NCBI GenBank assembly: GCA_041640295.1
Contig: JBEQAR010000005.1
Span: 1-59,435, forward strand
Direction of reading: 5' to 3'
DNA length: 59,435 bases
Origin: a bacterium
GTDB lineage: Bacteria; Patescibacteriota; Minisyncoccia; UBA6257; HR35
A program made the position numbers and the translations under genes. The notes under the pieces were generated by a model. That model made no database searches and was not told the origin of the DNA. It saw only the letters and a list, made by a program, of their open reading frames with translations. Below are positions 1-10,452 of the stretch, piece after piece. Within the stretch, counting starts at the first letter, position 1. The number at the start of each line of letters is the position of its first letter.

Positions 1-157
1 TGACAATTTAACTTTTCAGTATAGACTTTCGTCAACAACTGAACCATTTACTCATTATAAAGATCATTTAGGTAATGATTATATTTTTGATAATAATTCA
101 ATAAACTTAGAAATTTCACCAAGAAGTGGTTTAATATTATATAATCCGAATCCTTAA
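1..157 (+). CDS. 3' end of a gene entering from the left (partial; ...LEISPRSGLILYNPNP*)
   Basis: Frame 2 is open from base 2 to TAA at 155-157; product not assignable. Confidence 0.5.
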   Translation, partial: DNLTFQYRLSSTTEPFTHYKDHLGNDYIFDNNSINLEISPRSGLILYNPNP

Positions 158-307
158 CCAGGTAGTAATCAAGATTTAAATCAAAATTTATGGTAAAATA
201 ATTTCTTTAAATTAGAAAAGTTATTTATTTTTAATGGTTAAATTTTTTAAAATTGGTAGATTAAGGTTATAATTTAAATATCTTATTGAAATTAATAAAA
301 ATCTAAA

Positions 308-811
308 ATGCTTGAAATAGATTATCAAGAAATATTTAATAAAGTAAAAAATATTATAAAAAAAAGATTGCTTGATAAATATATCAAAAAGTTGATTCAG
401 TATGAGACAGTAACTGCTTCTAAGCCAGGCGGACAACATATGCAAAGAAAGCATACAAAAGTAAAAGCTAAATTTAAGACTGTTGAATTAGAAGGAATAT
501 TACTTAAAAATTTTGAAATTGAACTTAATACTAATCAAAAAATTACTCTCCGAGAAAAAGAAAGATATTTAATAGCTATTTCTGAAGATACACGAAGTCA
601 ACAGGAAAATAAAAATTTAGCCACCGAAAGATTACTAAATAAAGTCTATCAATTAGTTAACGAACTGTTTCCACCGATAAAAAGCCAATTAATGCAAGAA
701 CCCTTTGAAGCAGAAGAGAAGAGAATTAAAGAGAAAAAAATTAGAAGTCAAACTAAAAAATTAAGAAGAAAAATTAAAAATATTACTCAGATACCAGAGG
801 AACAAAGCTAA
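308..811 (+). CDS. arfB: ArfB/YaeJ-like peptidyl-tRNA hydrolase (ribosome rescue)
   Basis: ASKPGGQH (GGQ motif), RSQQENKNLA, basic C-terminal tail EEKRIKEKKIRSQTKKLRRK. Confidence 0.8.
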   Translation: MLEIDYQEIFNKVKNIIKKRLLDKYIKKLIQYETVTASKPGGQHMQRKHTKVKAKFKTVELEGILLKNFEIELNTNQKITLREKERYLIAISEDTRSQQENKNLATERLLNKVYQLVNELFPPIKSQLMQEPFEAEEKRIKEKKIRSQTKKLRRKIKNITQIPEEQS

Positions 812-1415
812 AGCCATAGTAATGATATTTTTCAATTTGCCCATTCTCTTTTTTAATTATTTGATTAATACCAGTCTTATCCGGTATCACTAATATACCA
901 TTCAAATTCAATTGATCAATTAAATTTTGCGGAATCTCGTCTGCCGATGCACTAACCAAAATTCTATCAAATGGAGCATATTCTTTCCAACCCTTTGAAC
1001 CATCACCTCTCTTAATTTCAACAATTTTTTTCTTAATAAAATTATATTTCTCTATATTTTTTTTACCGAAATCAAATATTTCAGGAATAATTTCTATTCC
1101 GTAAACCCTACCTTTTTCACCAACAATTTCTGCTAAAAGACAAGTTGTCCAACCAGAACCAAAACCAACATCTAAAACTTTATTTTCTTCTTGAGGTTGT
1201 AATAATTCTAACATAAAAGCTACTGTCCAGGGTTGTGAGATTGTTTGTCCATATCCAATAGGCAGGGGATAATCAGCATAAGCTTCAAATTTATTTTCAT
1301 CTCTAATAAAATCAATTCGATCAATTTTTAAAAATGCATTGATAATTTCTTCAGATTTTAACACACCATTTCGAATTAAATAATTAACTAAATCTCTATT
1401 GGTTTTAAAAAGCAT
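783..1415 (-). CDS. pcm: Protein-L-isoaspartate O-methyltransferase
   Basis: AYADYPLPIGYGQTISQP, VLDVGFGSGW, APFDRILVSA. Confidence 0.93.
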   Translation of the reverse strand: MLFKTNRDLVNYLIRNGVLKSEEIINAFLKIDRIDFIRDENKFEAYADYPLPIGYGQTISQPWTVAFMLELLQPQEENKVLDVGFGSGWTTCLLAEIVGEKGRVYGIEIIPEIFDFGKKNIEKYNFIKKKIVEIKRGDGSKGWKEYAPFDRILVSASADEIPQNLIDQLNLNGILVIPDKTGINQIIKKENGQIEKYHYYGFSFVPLVSE

Positions 1416-1427
1416 ATTATAAATATT

Positions 1428-3509
1428 TTAACTTAAAATAAATTCATTTCTTTTTTGAACCTCACGTCTTAATAATGGATAGCCCTTTAAAAGATAATTT
1501 TCACTGACTAATTCTTCCGCCAACCTTTTTGCTAAATCAACTATCTCCATATTTTTTAAAGCTTTCATTGCTAAATCTGGGAAACCAGATTGTTTGCTAC
1601 CAAAAAGTTCCCCTGGTCCTCTTAATTCTAAATCTTTTTCAGCAATATAAAAAGCATCTTGTGATTCTTCTAAAATTTTTAATCTTTTGTAAGCAAGAGG
1701 AGAATAATTTTCAGGTACTAAAAAACAATAACCTTGATGAATTGATCGACCAACTCTTCCTCTTAATTGATGAAGTTGTGATAAACCAAACCTTTCTGCC
1801 CCTAAAATAATAATCACAGTTAATAAAGGTAAATCAATTCCAACCTCCACTACAGACGAAGCAACTAAAATTTTTATTTCATTATTTTGTAGTTTTTTTA
1901 GTATACTTTCTTTTTCAGTAGATTTTATTTTTCCGTGAATCATTGCTGATGATATTGAAGGAAATATTTTTTTTATTTTTTCATATTCCTCTTTAACGCT
2001 TTTAATTTCCAATAACTCGTTTGCCTCTACCCTTGGACAAATAACAAAAACTTGATGATTATGATTTATTTCTTGTTTAACAAATTCCCAAACCTTATCA
2101 ATATTTTCAGGCTTAATAATTCTAGTAATAATTTCTTTTTGACCAAATGGTTTTTCTTTTAAAATAGATAAAGATAAATCACCATAAAATGCTAAATGTA
2201 AACTACGAGGGATAGGTGTGGCTGTCATTGTTAAAAAATGTGGTAGATAATTTTGGTTAGATTTATCAATTATTTTTTTTCTTTGCTCAACACCAAAACG
2301 ATGCTGTTCGTCAATAATTATTAAACCAACATCTTTGTATTGATGTTCAACTTCTAAAATCGAATGGGTGCCAATAAGAATTTTAATTTTATTTTGGCTA
2401 ATTAGACGAATTAATTCCTCTTTCGATTTCTTTGCTTTAAATCCACGAATTCCATAATAACCAGTTTTTTTAATCATTAATCCAAGACCAATTTCATAAA
2501 AAGAGAAATCTTTTAAAAAACGATAAAAATGTTGAGTAGCTAACAATTCAGTTGGAGCCATTAATATTGTTTTGTAATTTGAATTAGCGGTTAAGAAACT
2601 TATTATTTCAGATATTAATGTTTTGCCAGAACCTGTTTCACCTTGAAGCAATCTGTTCATAGGGTAAATTCCAGCTAAATCAGATAAAATTTCTTCTAAA
2701 ACATTTTCTTGATTTTGGGTTAGTTTAAGATTAATATTATTTAAAAATTGATTAATGAGATTGCGATCAATGATAATATTAGGAGCACGTTGATTGATTA
2801 ATAAAAATTTCTCTTGAGTAATTTTTGTTTGAAGATAAAAAATTTCTTCAAAAAATAATCTTTTTTTAGCAATATGAACATCTTCTAATTTTTTTGGTTG
2901 ATGAATACTAACAAGTGTTTCGCCTAAAGAAATAATATTTGCTTTTATCCTAATAATTTCTGGTAGTGGATCTTGAAGGTTTTTAATATTAAACTTTGAA
3001 ATGATATTTTCAATTAATTTTTGAGTAAAATTAGTTGAAATTCCCGCTAACTCATAGTAAATGGGAACAATTTTTGGTTTAAATTGATAATTATTTTTTA
3101 TAATTTCAAATTCCGGGTTTGAAAGATGTAAGCCATAATTGTTTTTAATGACTTTACCATAAGCTAAAATTTTAGTTCCTGTCTTTAGAATTTTTAAAAG
3201 AAAAGGTTGATTGTACCAAATAGTTTTTAATAAACCAGTTTCATCTTCTAAATAACCAATAATAATAAAAATTTTCTTTTTAGGTGTTTTAATAAGTTTA
3301 ATATTTTTTATTTTAGCCACAATTACTATATTTTCATTGATTTTAGCATCTTTAATTTTGATAGGACGAGTTAAATCAAGATATTTGTAAGGTAAAAAAT
3401 AAAGTAGATCCTTAATAGTAAATATTTTATTTCTTTCGAATTTTTCCGCTGTTTTTACTCCTATTCCTTTAAATTCTTTTAAGGAAATTTCTAAATCATC
3501 TAAAGTCAT
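1428..3509 (-). CDS. recG: ATP-dependent DNA helicase RecG
   Basis: RLLQGETGSGKT, MAPTELLATQH, DEQHRFGVEQR, QLHQLRGRVGR, DLELRGPGE. Confidence 0.97.
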   Translation of the reverse strand: MTLDDLEISLKEFKGIGVKTAEKFERNKIFTIKDLLYFLPYKYLDLTRPIKIKDAKINENIVIVAKIKNIKLIKTPKKKIFIIIGYLEDETGLLKTIWYNQPFLLKILKTGTKILAYGKVIKNNYGLHLSNPEFEIIKNNYQFKPKIVPIYYELAGISTNFTQKLIENIISKFNIKNLQDPLPEIIRIKANIISLGETLVSIHQPKKLEDVHIAKKRLFFEEIFYLQTKITQEKFLLINQRAPNIIIDRNLINQFLNNINLKLTQNQENVLEEILSDLAGIYPMNRLLQGETGSGKTLISEIISFLTANSNYKTILMAPTELLATQHFYRFLKDFSFYEIGLGLMIKKTGYYGIRGFKAKKSKEELIRLISQNKIKILIGTHSILEVEHQYKDVGLIIIDEQHRFGVEQRKKIIDKSNQNYLPHFLTMTATPIPRSLHLAFYGDLSLSILKEKPFGQKEIITRIIKPENIDKVWEFVKQEINHNHQVFVICPRVEANELLEIKSVKEEYEKIKKIFPSISSAMIHGKIKSTEKESILKKLQNNEIKILVASSVVEVGIDLPLLTVIIILGAERFGLSQLHQLRGRVGRSIHQGYCFLVPENYSPLAYKRLKILEESQDAFYIAEKDLELRGPGELFGSKQSGFPDLAMKALKNMEIVDLAKRLAEELVSENYLLKGYPLLRREVQKRNEFILS

Positions 3510-3615
3510 TTTATTAAAACTTGTTTAATTGATTAGTGAATTAAAATTTCTATTCTATTTCTAATTTATAATAAATATTTTAAAATATAAATCTTAATTA
3601 AAATCAACTTATCAA

Positions 3616-4320
3616 ATGCTACAGAAAAAATTAATTTTCCTCCATGGCTGGGTAGGTAAGTATATTATTAATAAGAATGAAAACATTTATGATTTTTATA
3701 AAGGATTAATAGAAGAATTAAAAAAATTCTTTGATGTTGAGTTTATTATTTTACCAGGATTTAGCAATAATCCAGAACCAGATAAACCCTATACTTTAGA
3801 TGATTATGTAGAATATTTAAAAAAATTTTTAGAAGAGAAGGGAATTGATCAATTTTATTTAATGGGACATTCATTTGGTGGACAGGTAGCTTGTAAATTT
3901 GCTTACTTATATCCGGAAAGAGTTGAAAAATTAATTCTTTATAATGCCGCTTGTGTTAGAAAGAAAAACTTTAAAAGATTAGTTTTTAAAAAAATTTCAA
4001 AATTATTTAAAAATATTTCTAATATCTTTATTAAAAAAATTATTTATAAAATCTTAACTGGTACTACTACACCTGCTTATTATTCAGAGGTAATGAAAAA
4101 GACAATGTCTAATGTTATTGAAGAAGACTTAACTGAAATTTTACCTCAGGTTAAAGTGAATAGTTTAATTATCTGGGGTAGAAAAGATAAATTAACACCC
4201 ATGTGGCAAGGAAAGCTAATTCATCGCTTAATAAAAAATTCTCAGTTAATCATCCACCCTGCAGGCGATCATAATTTTCACAAAAAAGATCCGATGTTTA
4301 TAGTTAATCATATTATTTAA
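3616..4320 (+). CDS. Alpha/beta-fold hydrolase
   Basis: FLHGW, GHSFGG nucleophile elbow, WGRKD, C-terminal His. Confidence 0.88.
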   Translation: MLQKKLIFLHGWVGKYIINKNENIYDFYKGLIEELKKFFDVEFIILPGFSNNPEPDKPYTLDDYVEYLKKFLEEKGIDQFYLMGHSFGGQVACKFAYLYPERVEKLILYNAACVRKKNFKRLVFKKISKLFKNISNIFIKKIIYKILTGTTTPAYYSEVMKKTMSNVIEEDLTEILPQVKVNSLIIWGRKDKLTPMWQGKLIHRLIKNSQLIIHPAGDHNFHKKDPMFIVNHII

Positions 4321-5777
4321 ACCTTAAATTCTTCTTTTAATTTTTTATCAATTTCTAATTCTATTTCTTTTATTTTTTCTTCCCCAGTTTCGGCTAATTT
4401 TTTTAATTCTTCATCATTCAATTTACCAAGTTTTTCAATTCTTGCTATTAAATAATCGCGATTATTTTTTTTATTATCCTCAATAACTTCATTTAATAAA
4501 ATTTTTAATATCCAGCCAACTTTTGGTCCTGATGGTATTTTTAGAATTTTCATTACATCATTGCCATTGATTTTTAACATTTTCGGAGTAATAGGTTCTA
4601 TTTGGGCTTTGTGAATTAGATATTTTAAATATCTTAATCTATAAGGAATAGCTTTTTTGACTCCTGAACCAATTCTATCAGCTTCTCTCAACTTAAAGAA
4701 ATCTTCTAAATTTTCTAAACCTAATCGACGAGCTAATCTTCTAACTGCCGACATTGTCACTTTATCGATTTCCAAATAAAACATATGATTTTTAACTAAA
4801 TGGACAACTTTTTCTATTATTTTTTTAGGAAAACGTAATCTCTGTAATATATTTTTTGTCATTTTAGCTCCAACAATTTCGTGATTATAGAAGGTGCAAT
4901 CTGGACCATCGCCCTCTTTTGTTAATGGTTTACCGATATCATGAAAAAGTGCTGCCAATCTTATTTCTAACGAAAAATTTTTATTAACAGCATATTCTAA
5001 TGATTTTAAAAGATGAGTATATACATCATATTTATGATGTTTATTTTGTCCAACATTATAACATCGTAAAAGTTCTGGTATTAATTCAATCAATAAATTA
5101 CTTTCTCTTAAAAGCTCAATACCTTTGACGGCATTTTTACTCATTATTATCTTTACTAATTCATCTCTTACTCTTTCTTTGGCAATTAATTGAATAAAAT
5201 TAGATAAATTTTTTATAGCTTTTAAGGTTTTTTCTTCAATATTAAAGTCTAATTCGCAAGCTAAACGAATGGCTCGAATCATTCTTAGAGGATCTTCTTT
5301 GAATCTTTTTTCAGGTTTACCTACAGTTTTTATTAATTTATTTTTGATATCATTTAAACCATTAAAATAATCAATAATCGTATAATCTTTATTAAGTGCT
5401 AAAGCGTTGATAGTAAAATCTCTTCTTTTTAAATCATCTTCTAATTTTGAAGCAAAAATAACTTTATCGGGGTGGCGAAAATCTGAATATTTCCCCTCCA
5501 GCCTAAAGGTAGTTATTTCGATAACCTTTAAAGTTAGATCATCGCTGTCAGTTTTTACCCCAACAGTAAAAAACCGATTTTCATAAAAACTATTAGGAAA
5601 GATTTTTTGAATTTCTTCCGGCTTAGCATTAGTAGTAATATCCCAATCCTTTGGTTTTCTATTTAAAACTAAATCTCTTACGCATCCGCCAATCAAATAT
5701 GCTTCATACTGATTTTCAATTAATCGAAACCAAATATTTTTAACAATATTAGGAATTTGTTGAGAGGATATTTTCAT
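4317..5777 (-). CDS. cca: CCA-adding tRNA nucleotidyltransferase / poly(A) polymerase family with HD domain
   Basis: GGCVRD, DWDITT, RRDFTINA, EDPLRMIRA, ALFHDIGKP; start moved to ATG 5777 because the ORF-track extension runs into the tRNA-Gly. Confidence 0.9.
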   Translation of the reverse strand: MKISSQQIPNIVKNIWFRLIENQYEAYLIGGCVRDLVLNRKPKDWDITTNAKPEEIQKIFPNSFYENRFFTVGVKTDSDDLTLKVIEITTFRLEGKYSDFRHPDKVIFASKLEDDLKRRDFTINALALNKDYTIIDYFNGLNDIKNKLIKTVGKPEKRFKEDPLRMIRAIRLACELDFNIEEKTLKAIKNLSNFIQLIAKERVRDELVKIIMSKNAVKGIELLRESNLLIELIPELLRCYNVGQNKHHKYDVYTHLLKSLEYAVNKNFSLEIRLAALFHDIGKPLTKEGDGPDCTFYNHEIVGAKMTKNILQRLRFPKKIIEKVVHLVKNHMFYLEIDKVTMSAVRRLARRLGLENLEDFFKLREADRIGSGVKKAIPYRLRYLKYLIHKAQIEPITPKMLKINGNDVMKILKIPSGPKVGWILKILLNEVIEDNKKNNRDYLIARIEKLGKLNDEELKKLAETGEEKIKEIELEIDKKLKEEFKV

Positions 5778-5786
5778 ACAAATTTT

Positions 5787-5858
5787 AGCGGATGACCGGA
5801 TTCGAACCGGCAATCTTCTCCTTGGGAAGGAGACGTGTTACCATTACACCACATCCGC
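5787..5858 (-). tRNA. tRNA-Gly(CCC), no encoded CCA
   Basis: GCGGATG/CATCCGC acceptor, TCTCC-TT-CCC-AA-GGAGA anticodon arm, GGTTCGAATCC T arm. Confidence 0.95.
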
Positions 5859-5871
5859 GAATAATTTTAAT

Positions 5872-6771
5872 TTATATTGTCATATTCCTTAAAGCCTGTA
5901 TTCTTTCTTCAACAGGAGGATGAGTTGAAAAAAGATTACCCAACCAATTTATGATTCCTTTTTGATTTTTGAATGGATTAACAATAAATAAGCCTGCTAC
6001 TGCTGGTGAAACATCCATTGGTTGTTTTTGAGAAGATATTTTTTCTAAAGCTTTAGCTAAACCAAGAGGGTTGCGAGTAATTAAAGCTCCAGTAGCATCG
6101 GCTAAGAATTCTCTTTTTCTTGAAATAGCTAATTGAATAAGTTGAGCAAAAATTGGAGCTAATAAAGCAAGAATAAAACCAATAATAAACAAAAAGACAT
6201 TTGATTTGTTATCTCTATCCGAACCACCTCCGTATAAACTAAATCTTAAGAAGAAATCAGCCATAATAGCAATTATTCCAGCTAAAATTGTGGCTATCAT
6301 CATTACTTTAATATCATAATTTTTGATATGAGCTAATTCATGGGCAATTACACCTTCTAATTCTTCTTTGTTTAAATTATTTATTAAGCCAGTTGTAACA
6401 GCTACTAAAGCATTTTTGGGATTTCTTCCTGTAGCGAAAGCATTCATTACCGGAGTATCAATTAAATACAAATCTGGTGTTTTTGGTAGTCCAGCAGTGA
6501 TTGATAAGTTTTCTAATATTCGGTAAACTTCAGGCAAATTCCTTTCTTCAATTTTTTTTGCTTTTGTTAAAGCAACAATAATTTTATCACCATAAAAATA
6601 TGACCAGATATTCATTAATAAGCCAAAAATTACCGCTAAATAAAATATCCATTGATTTTCAAAGATATAAGCAAATAAGTAGCCTAAACCAAAAACTAAA
6701 ACTAAAAACAATGTCATCAAAAACCAAGTCTTCAAATTATTTATTTCAATAAATTTATATGGTGTTGCCAT
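5872..6771 (-). CDS. htpX: M48 zinc metalloprotease HtpX
   Basis: NAFATGRNP, AHELAH, SRKREFLADA, FSTHPP. Confidence 0.95.
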   Translation of the reverse strand: MATPYKFIEINNLKTWFLMTLFLVLVFGLGYLFAYIFENQWIFYLAVIFGLLMNIWSYFYGDKIIVALTKAKKIEERNLPEVYRILENLSITAGLPKTPDLYLIDTPVMNAFATGRNPKNALVAVTTGLINNLNKEELEGVIAHELAHIKNYDIKVMMIATILAGIIAIMADFFLRFSLYGGGSDRDNKSNVFLFIIGFILALLAPIFAQLIQLAISRKREFLADATGALITRNPLGLAKALEKISSQKQPMDVSPAVAGLFIVNPFKNQKGIINWLGNLFSTHPPVEERIQALRNMTI

Positions 6772-6802
6772 TTTTAATTATTTTTAGATGATTTTAATTA
6801 AA

Positions 6803-7417
6803 CTAAAATTTAACTGTTGGGGTTTTTTCTTCCTCTGCTTGAGCATCAAAAAACTCGACTGACTTGAAACCGAAAATTGATGAGATTAAATTATTAGGAA
6901 ATTGACTAATGAATGTGTTATATTCCATCACTACTGAATTATAAAATCTTCGAGCTGCCATAATTTTGTTTTCGGTGTCAGTTAGGTCTTGTTGAAGCTG
7001 AAGAAAATTTTGATTAGCTTTTAAATCAGGATAATTTTCAGCAACAGCAAATAAGGTTTTTAAAGCTGAAGCAATCATATTATTTGCATCTATTTCTTCT
7101 TTAATATTTTTTGAATTAAGAAAGTTCGTTCTTGCTTGAGTAATATTTTCCAATAATGTTTTTTCATGAGCAACATAACCTTTGACCGTTTCTATTAAAT
7201 TAGGAATTAAATCAAATCTTCTTTTTAATTGAATTTCAATATCGCTTTCAGCCTCTTTTACTCTTTGACGTAAATTAATGAGTGAATTGTAAATAATAAT
7301 AAACCAAAGAACAATAGCCGCTACTAAAGCTGGAATATTAAATTTCCAGGGAATAATATTGAAAAATCCACTTAAGATTAAGCCGATAAATATCAGAATA
7401 AATAGAATATTTTGCAT
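6803..7417 (-). CDS. lemA: LemA family protein
   Basis: LKRRFDLIPNL, AVAENYPDLKANQNF, ARRFYN; upstream of htpX. Confidence 0.95.
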   Translation of the reverse strand: MQNILFILIFIGLILSGFFNIIPWKFNIPALVAAIVLWFIIIYNSLINLRQRVKEAESDIEIQLKRRFDLIPNLIETVKGYVAHEKTLLENITQARTNFLNSKNIKEEIDANNMIASALKTLFAVAENYPDLKANQNFLQLQQDLTDTENKIMAARRFYNSVVMEYNTFISQFPNNLISSIFGFKSVEFFDAQAEEEKTPTVKF

Positions 7418-7631
7418 TTTTTGAGGTTAATATTGTTATTAGCAATTAATTACGACTTTGTTATTTTAATATAATTTTAATTGAATTCCGCCTCCAAGTC
7501 AAAAATTGTTTTCACTATATTAAATTTTATAAATATTTTTTAAAATATTAAAGTCAAGTAATTAAAGTAAAAATATATTAAAATTTAATTCAAATATCTT
7601 GATTGAGCAACACTAAAGAAAATATTAAACA

Positions 7632-8228
7632 ATGACCAAAGAAGAAAAATTAAAAATTTTTAACAAAATTTATGAAAATATTGATGGTTTTTCTTTATCT
7701 CTTGCAGAAAGAAAAGAATTAGGTATTGAAGATAAATCTTTTGTTTATGGTGAAATTGTTCCAGAAAGTTTTTGTGAAATATTAGAAAAATTAAATATTA
7801 ATAAAAATACTATATTTTATGATTTAGGATCAGGTGTGGGTAAGGCTGTTATTTTAACTAAATTAATTTTTGATATTAAAAAATCAGTTGGTATTGAATA
7901 TTTAAGTTCACTCTATCAAGCAAGTATTCAAGCTTATCAGAAATTAAAAGAAATTATTAATATTGAAGATAATTCAATTTATTTTATTAAAGGTGATTTT
8001 TTCACTGTTCCTTTTAATGATGCTAACTTAGTTTTTATTAATTCAACTTGTTTTAGTGAAGAGCAGATGGAAAGAATAGTTAATTTATCATTAAATTTAG
8101 AGCGAGGAAGTAAATTAATCGTGTTAACAAAAAAAATAACCGATAACCAAAATTTTGAATTATTAACGGAAAATCAATATCCTTTTTCTTGGGGTTATGC
8201 TACAGTTAGAATTTACGAAAGGAAGTAG
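7632..8228 (+). CDS. DOT1-like class I SAM-dependent methyltransferase
   Basis: FVYGEI, FYDLGSGVGKAV, SVGIEY, FINSTCF, FSWG. Confidence 0.7.
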   Translation: MTKEEKLKIFNKIYENIDGFSLSLAERKELGIEDKSFVYGEIVPESFCEILEKLNINKNTIFYDLGSGVGKAVILTKLIFDIKKSVGIEYLSSLYQASIQAYQKLKEIINIEDNSIYFIKGDFFTVPFNDANLVFINSTCFSEEQMERIVNLSLNLERGSKLIVLTKKITDNQNFELLTENQYPFSWGYATVRIYERK

Positions 8229-8229
8229 T

Positions 8230-10017
8230 TTATTTTTTTATTTTATCAATAAATTCTTGAAGAGTAATCATTCCTAAATCACCCTTCCGGTGTTCCCTTA
8301 TAGAAATTTTATTTTCTTTTATTTCTTTATCTCCTATGATTACCATATAAGGTATTTTCTCTTTTTCAGCCAAAAGAATTCTTTTTGCTAATGTTTCGTT
8401 AGGTTCAAAAATTTTTATTCTAAAATTCTTTTTTAGTTCATTAAAAATTTTTTCTGTGTACTTTAAATGGTTAATATTTATAGGTAAAAGAGCAATTTGA
8501 ATAGGTGAAAGCCAAAAGGGAAAATTACCACTATAATGCTCAATCAATAAGCCGATAAATCTTTCTATTGAACCCAATAGCGCTCTATGAATTAAATAGG
8601 GATGTTTTAGTGTATTATCTTGATCTGTATAGGTTAAATTAAATTTTTTAGGTAAATTAAAATCTAATTGGATAGTAGATATTTGCCAATCACGATTAAT
8701 TGCATCTTTAACAATAACATCAATTTTAGGACCATAAAATGCTGCTTCCCCTTCCATTATTTCATAATTCCAACCAATCTTTTCTATTGCATTTTTTAAA
8801 CTATTAATAGCAAATGTCCATTCTTTATTAGTACCAAGATATTTCTTTTTTTCTTTTTTACCCCAAATACTTAAAGAAACCTTGAAATCTTTAAATTCAA
8901 ATTTTTCTAAAATTAATTTCACTAAATTTAAACAATTTTCTATTTCTTGCGGAATTTGTTCAAAAGTACATAAAATATGTCCATCATCTTGGGTAAAACC
9001 ACGAACACGAGTAAGTCCAGATAATGTTCCTGATCTTTCGTATCGATAGACTGTTCCTAATTCAGCGTATCTTATTGGTAAATCGCGGTAACTTTTTACA
9101 CTTTGTTTATAAATAGTTAGATGAAAAGGGCAATTCATTGGTTTAAGATAATAATTTTCATTTTCAATATTAATAGGAGAATACATATTTTCTTTATAAT
9201 AAGATAAATGACCAGAAATTTCGAATAATTTTTGTTTAGTAATGTGCGGAGTAAAAACTAATTGATAATCATTTTTTTTATAAATATCAATAATAAATTC
9301 TTGAATAATTTGTCTAATAACTGATCCTTTAGGTAACCATAAAATTAATCCTGAACCAATAGTATCATCAATAGCAAACAATTCTAATTCCTGTCCTAAA
9401 ATTCTGTGATCTCGCTTTTTAATTTCTTCCTGCCATTGAAGATATTTTTCTAATTCCTCTTTATCGTTAAAAGCAACGCCGTAAATTCTAAGAAGCATTG
9501 GATTCTTCTCATCGCCACGCCAATAAGCACCAGCAATTTTGGTTAATCTAAAAGCATCGGGATTAATTTCTTTAGTGCTTTTTATATGACCACCTCGGCA
9601 TAGATCAATAAAATCACCAGTTTGATAAATTGTAACTTTGTTTAGTTTTTTTGGTTTTTTCTTTTTTTCTTTAATAAGTTGGATTTCATGGTATTCAGTT
9701 GTGCCGTATTTTTTTAAGTCATTTAAAAGTTCAAGTTTGAATGGTTGATTTTTAAAAATTTTTCTTGCTTCATTAAAACTTACTTTTTTGCCAACAAATT
9801 TTAAATTCTGCTTTATTAAATCTCTCATTATCTCTTCAAGTTTTGGCAAATAACTTTCATCAATTTTTTTAGAAGTTAAAAAATCATAATAAAAACCTTC
9901 TTCAGTTGTTGGACCAATACCTAATTTTGCCTGAGGATCAATTTTTAAAAAAGCACTAGCTAAAAGATGAGCTAAGGAGTGTCTAAGATTATGTAATTTA
10001 TCTTTTTTATTATTCAT
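8230..10017 (-). CDS. thrS: Threonine--tRNA ligase
   Basis: RHSLAH, DLCRGGH, RDHRILG, LKPMNCP, RVRGFTQDD, AAFYGPKID, GSIERF. Confidence 0.98.
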   Translation of the reverse strand: MNNKKDKLHNLRHSLAHLLASAFLKIDPQAKLGIGPTTEEGFYYDFLTSKKIDESYLPKLEEIMRDLIKQNLKFVGKKVSFNEARKIFKNQPFKLELLNDLKKYGTTEYHEIQLIKEKKKKPKKLNKVTIYQTGDFIDLCRGGHIKSTKEINPDAFRLTKIAGAYWRGDEKNPMLLRIYGVAFNDKEELEKYLQWQEEIKKRDHRILGQELELFAIDDTIGSGLILWLPKGSVIRQIIQEFIIDIYKKNDYQLVFTPHITKQKLFEISGHLSYYKENMYSPINIENENYYLKPMNCPFHLTIYKQSVKSYRDLPIRYAELGTVYRYERSGTLSGLTRVRGFTQDDGHILCTFEQIPQEIENCLNLVKLILEKFEFKDFKVSLSIWGKKEKKKYLGTNKEWTFAINSLKNAIEKIGWNYEIMEGEAAFYGPKIDVIVKDAINRDWQISTIQLDFNLPKKFNLTYTDQDNTLKHPYLIHRALLGSIERFIGLLIEHYSGNFPFWLSPIQIALLPININHLKYTEKIFNELKKNFRIKIFEPNETLAKRILLAEKEKIPYMVIIGDKEIKENKISIREHRKGDLGMITLQEFIDKIKK

Positions 10018-10145
10018 TTCGTAAAAATTAATCGATTCTTAAAAGATGATGATAATTATTAATAACTAATTTTAAACTAAATTTTTCTATTTCTAATTTT
10101 TCATAAAGTTAAAAATTTTTTAATTTTATAAGAAAGAAATTATAA

Positions 10146-10177
10146 AATAAAAAGGAGGCAAGTAAAAACTTACCTCC
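10146..10177 (-). terminator. Intrinsic terminator after the orphan basic ORF
   Basis: Minus strand GGAGGTAAGT-TTTT-ACTTGCCTCC followed by TTTTTATTTT, 11 nt after the stop codon. Confidence 0.8.
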
Positions 10178-10188
10178 GTAATAAAAAC

Positions 10189-10452
10189 TTACTTACGCCG
10201 CTGGCGCTGGTCGGACTTTTTGGGGTGGTTATTGAGGTTTCTACAGAACTCCCTCCAACGATTATATAGCCGGCCGAGCGCTTGGCGTGCGGGGACCTTT
10301 TTTAGCAGCAGCTCGTCAAGAAACTGCCTTTCGAGCCTTTCTCTTTCTTCAAGGGGAGATGGAAACGAAGAGAGAGAATGATTTTCTTTCTGTTCCTCCT
10401 TCTTTCGCTTCCACCTCTTTTTGCGGGTTTTACCACTCCATCCATTGCCCAT
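10189..10452 (-). CDS. Orphan 87-aa Arg/Lys-rich protein (MGNGWSGKTRKKRWKRKK...)
   Basis: Strong SD-like GAAGGAGGAGAGGAG directly before ATG 10452, own terminator, about 50% GC. Confidence 0.6.
   Translation of the reverse strand: MGNGWSGKTRKKRWKRKKEEQKENHSLSSFPSPLEERERLERQFLDELLLKKVPARQALGRLYNRWREFCRNLNNHPKKSDQRQRRK

Noticed and set aside
221-454. ORF-track shadows (221-454, 1529-1810, 10287-10517, 13898-14236, 18711-18905, 19422-19664, 20525-20743, 35814-36095, 41398-41592, 49860-50084, 51100-51291)
   Set aside because: Antisense to better-supported genes, with no motifs or SD
10018-10145. T-box riboswitch upstream of thrS
   Set aside because: No T-box consensus or stem I; the leader is almost pure A/T
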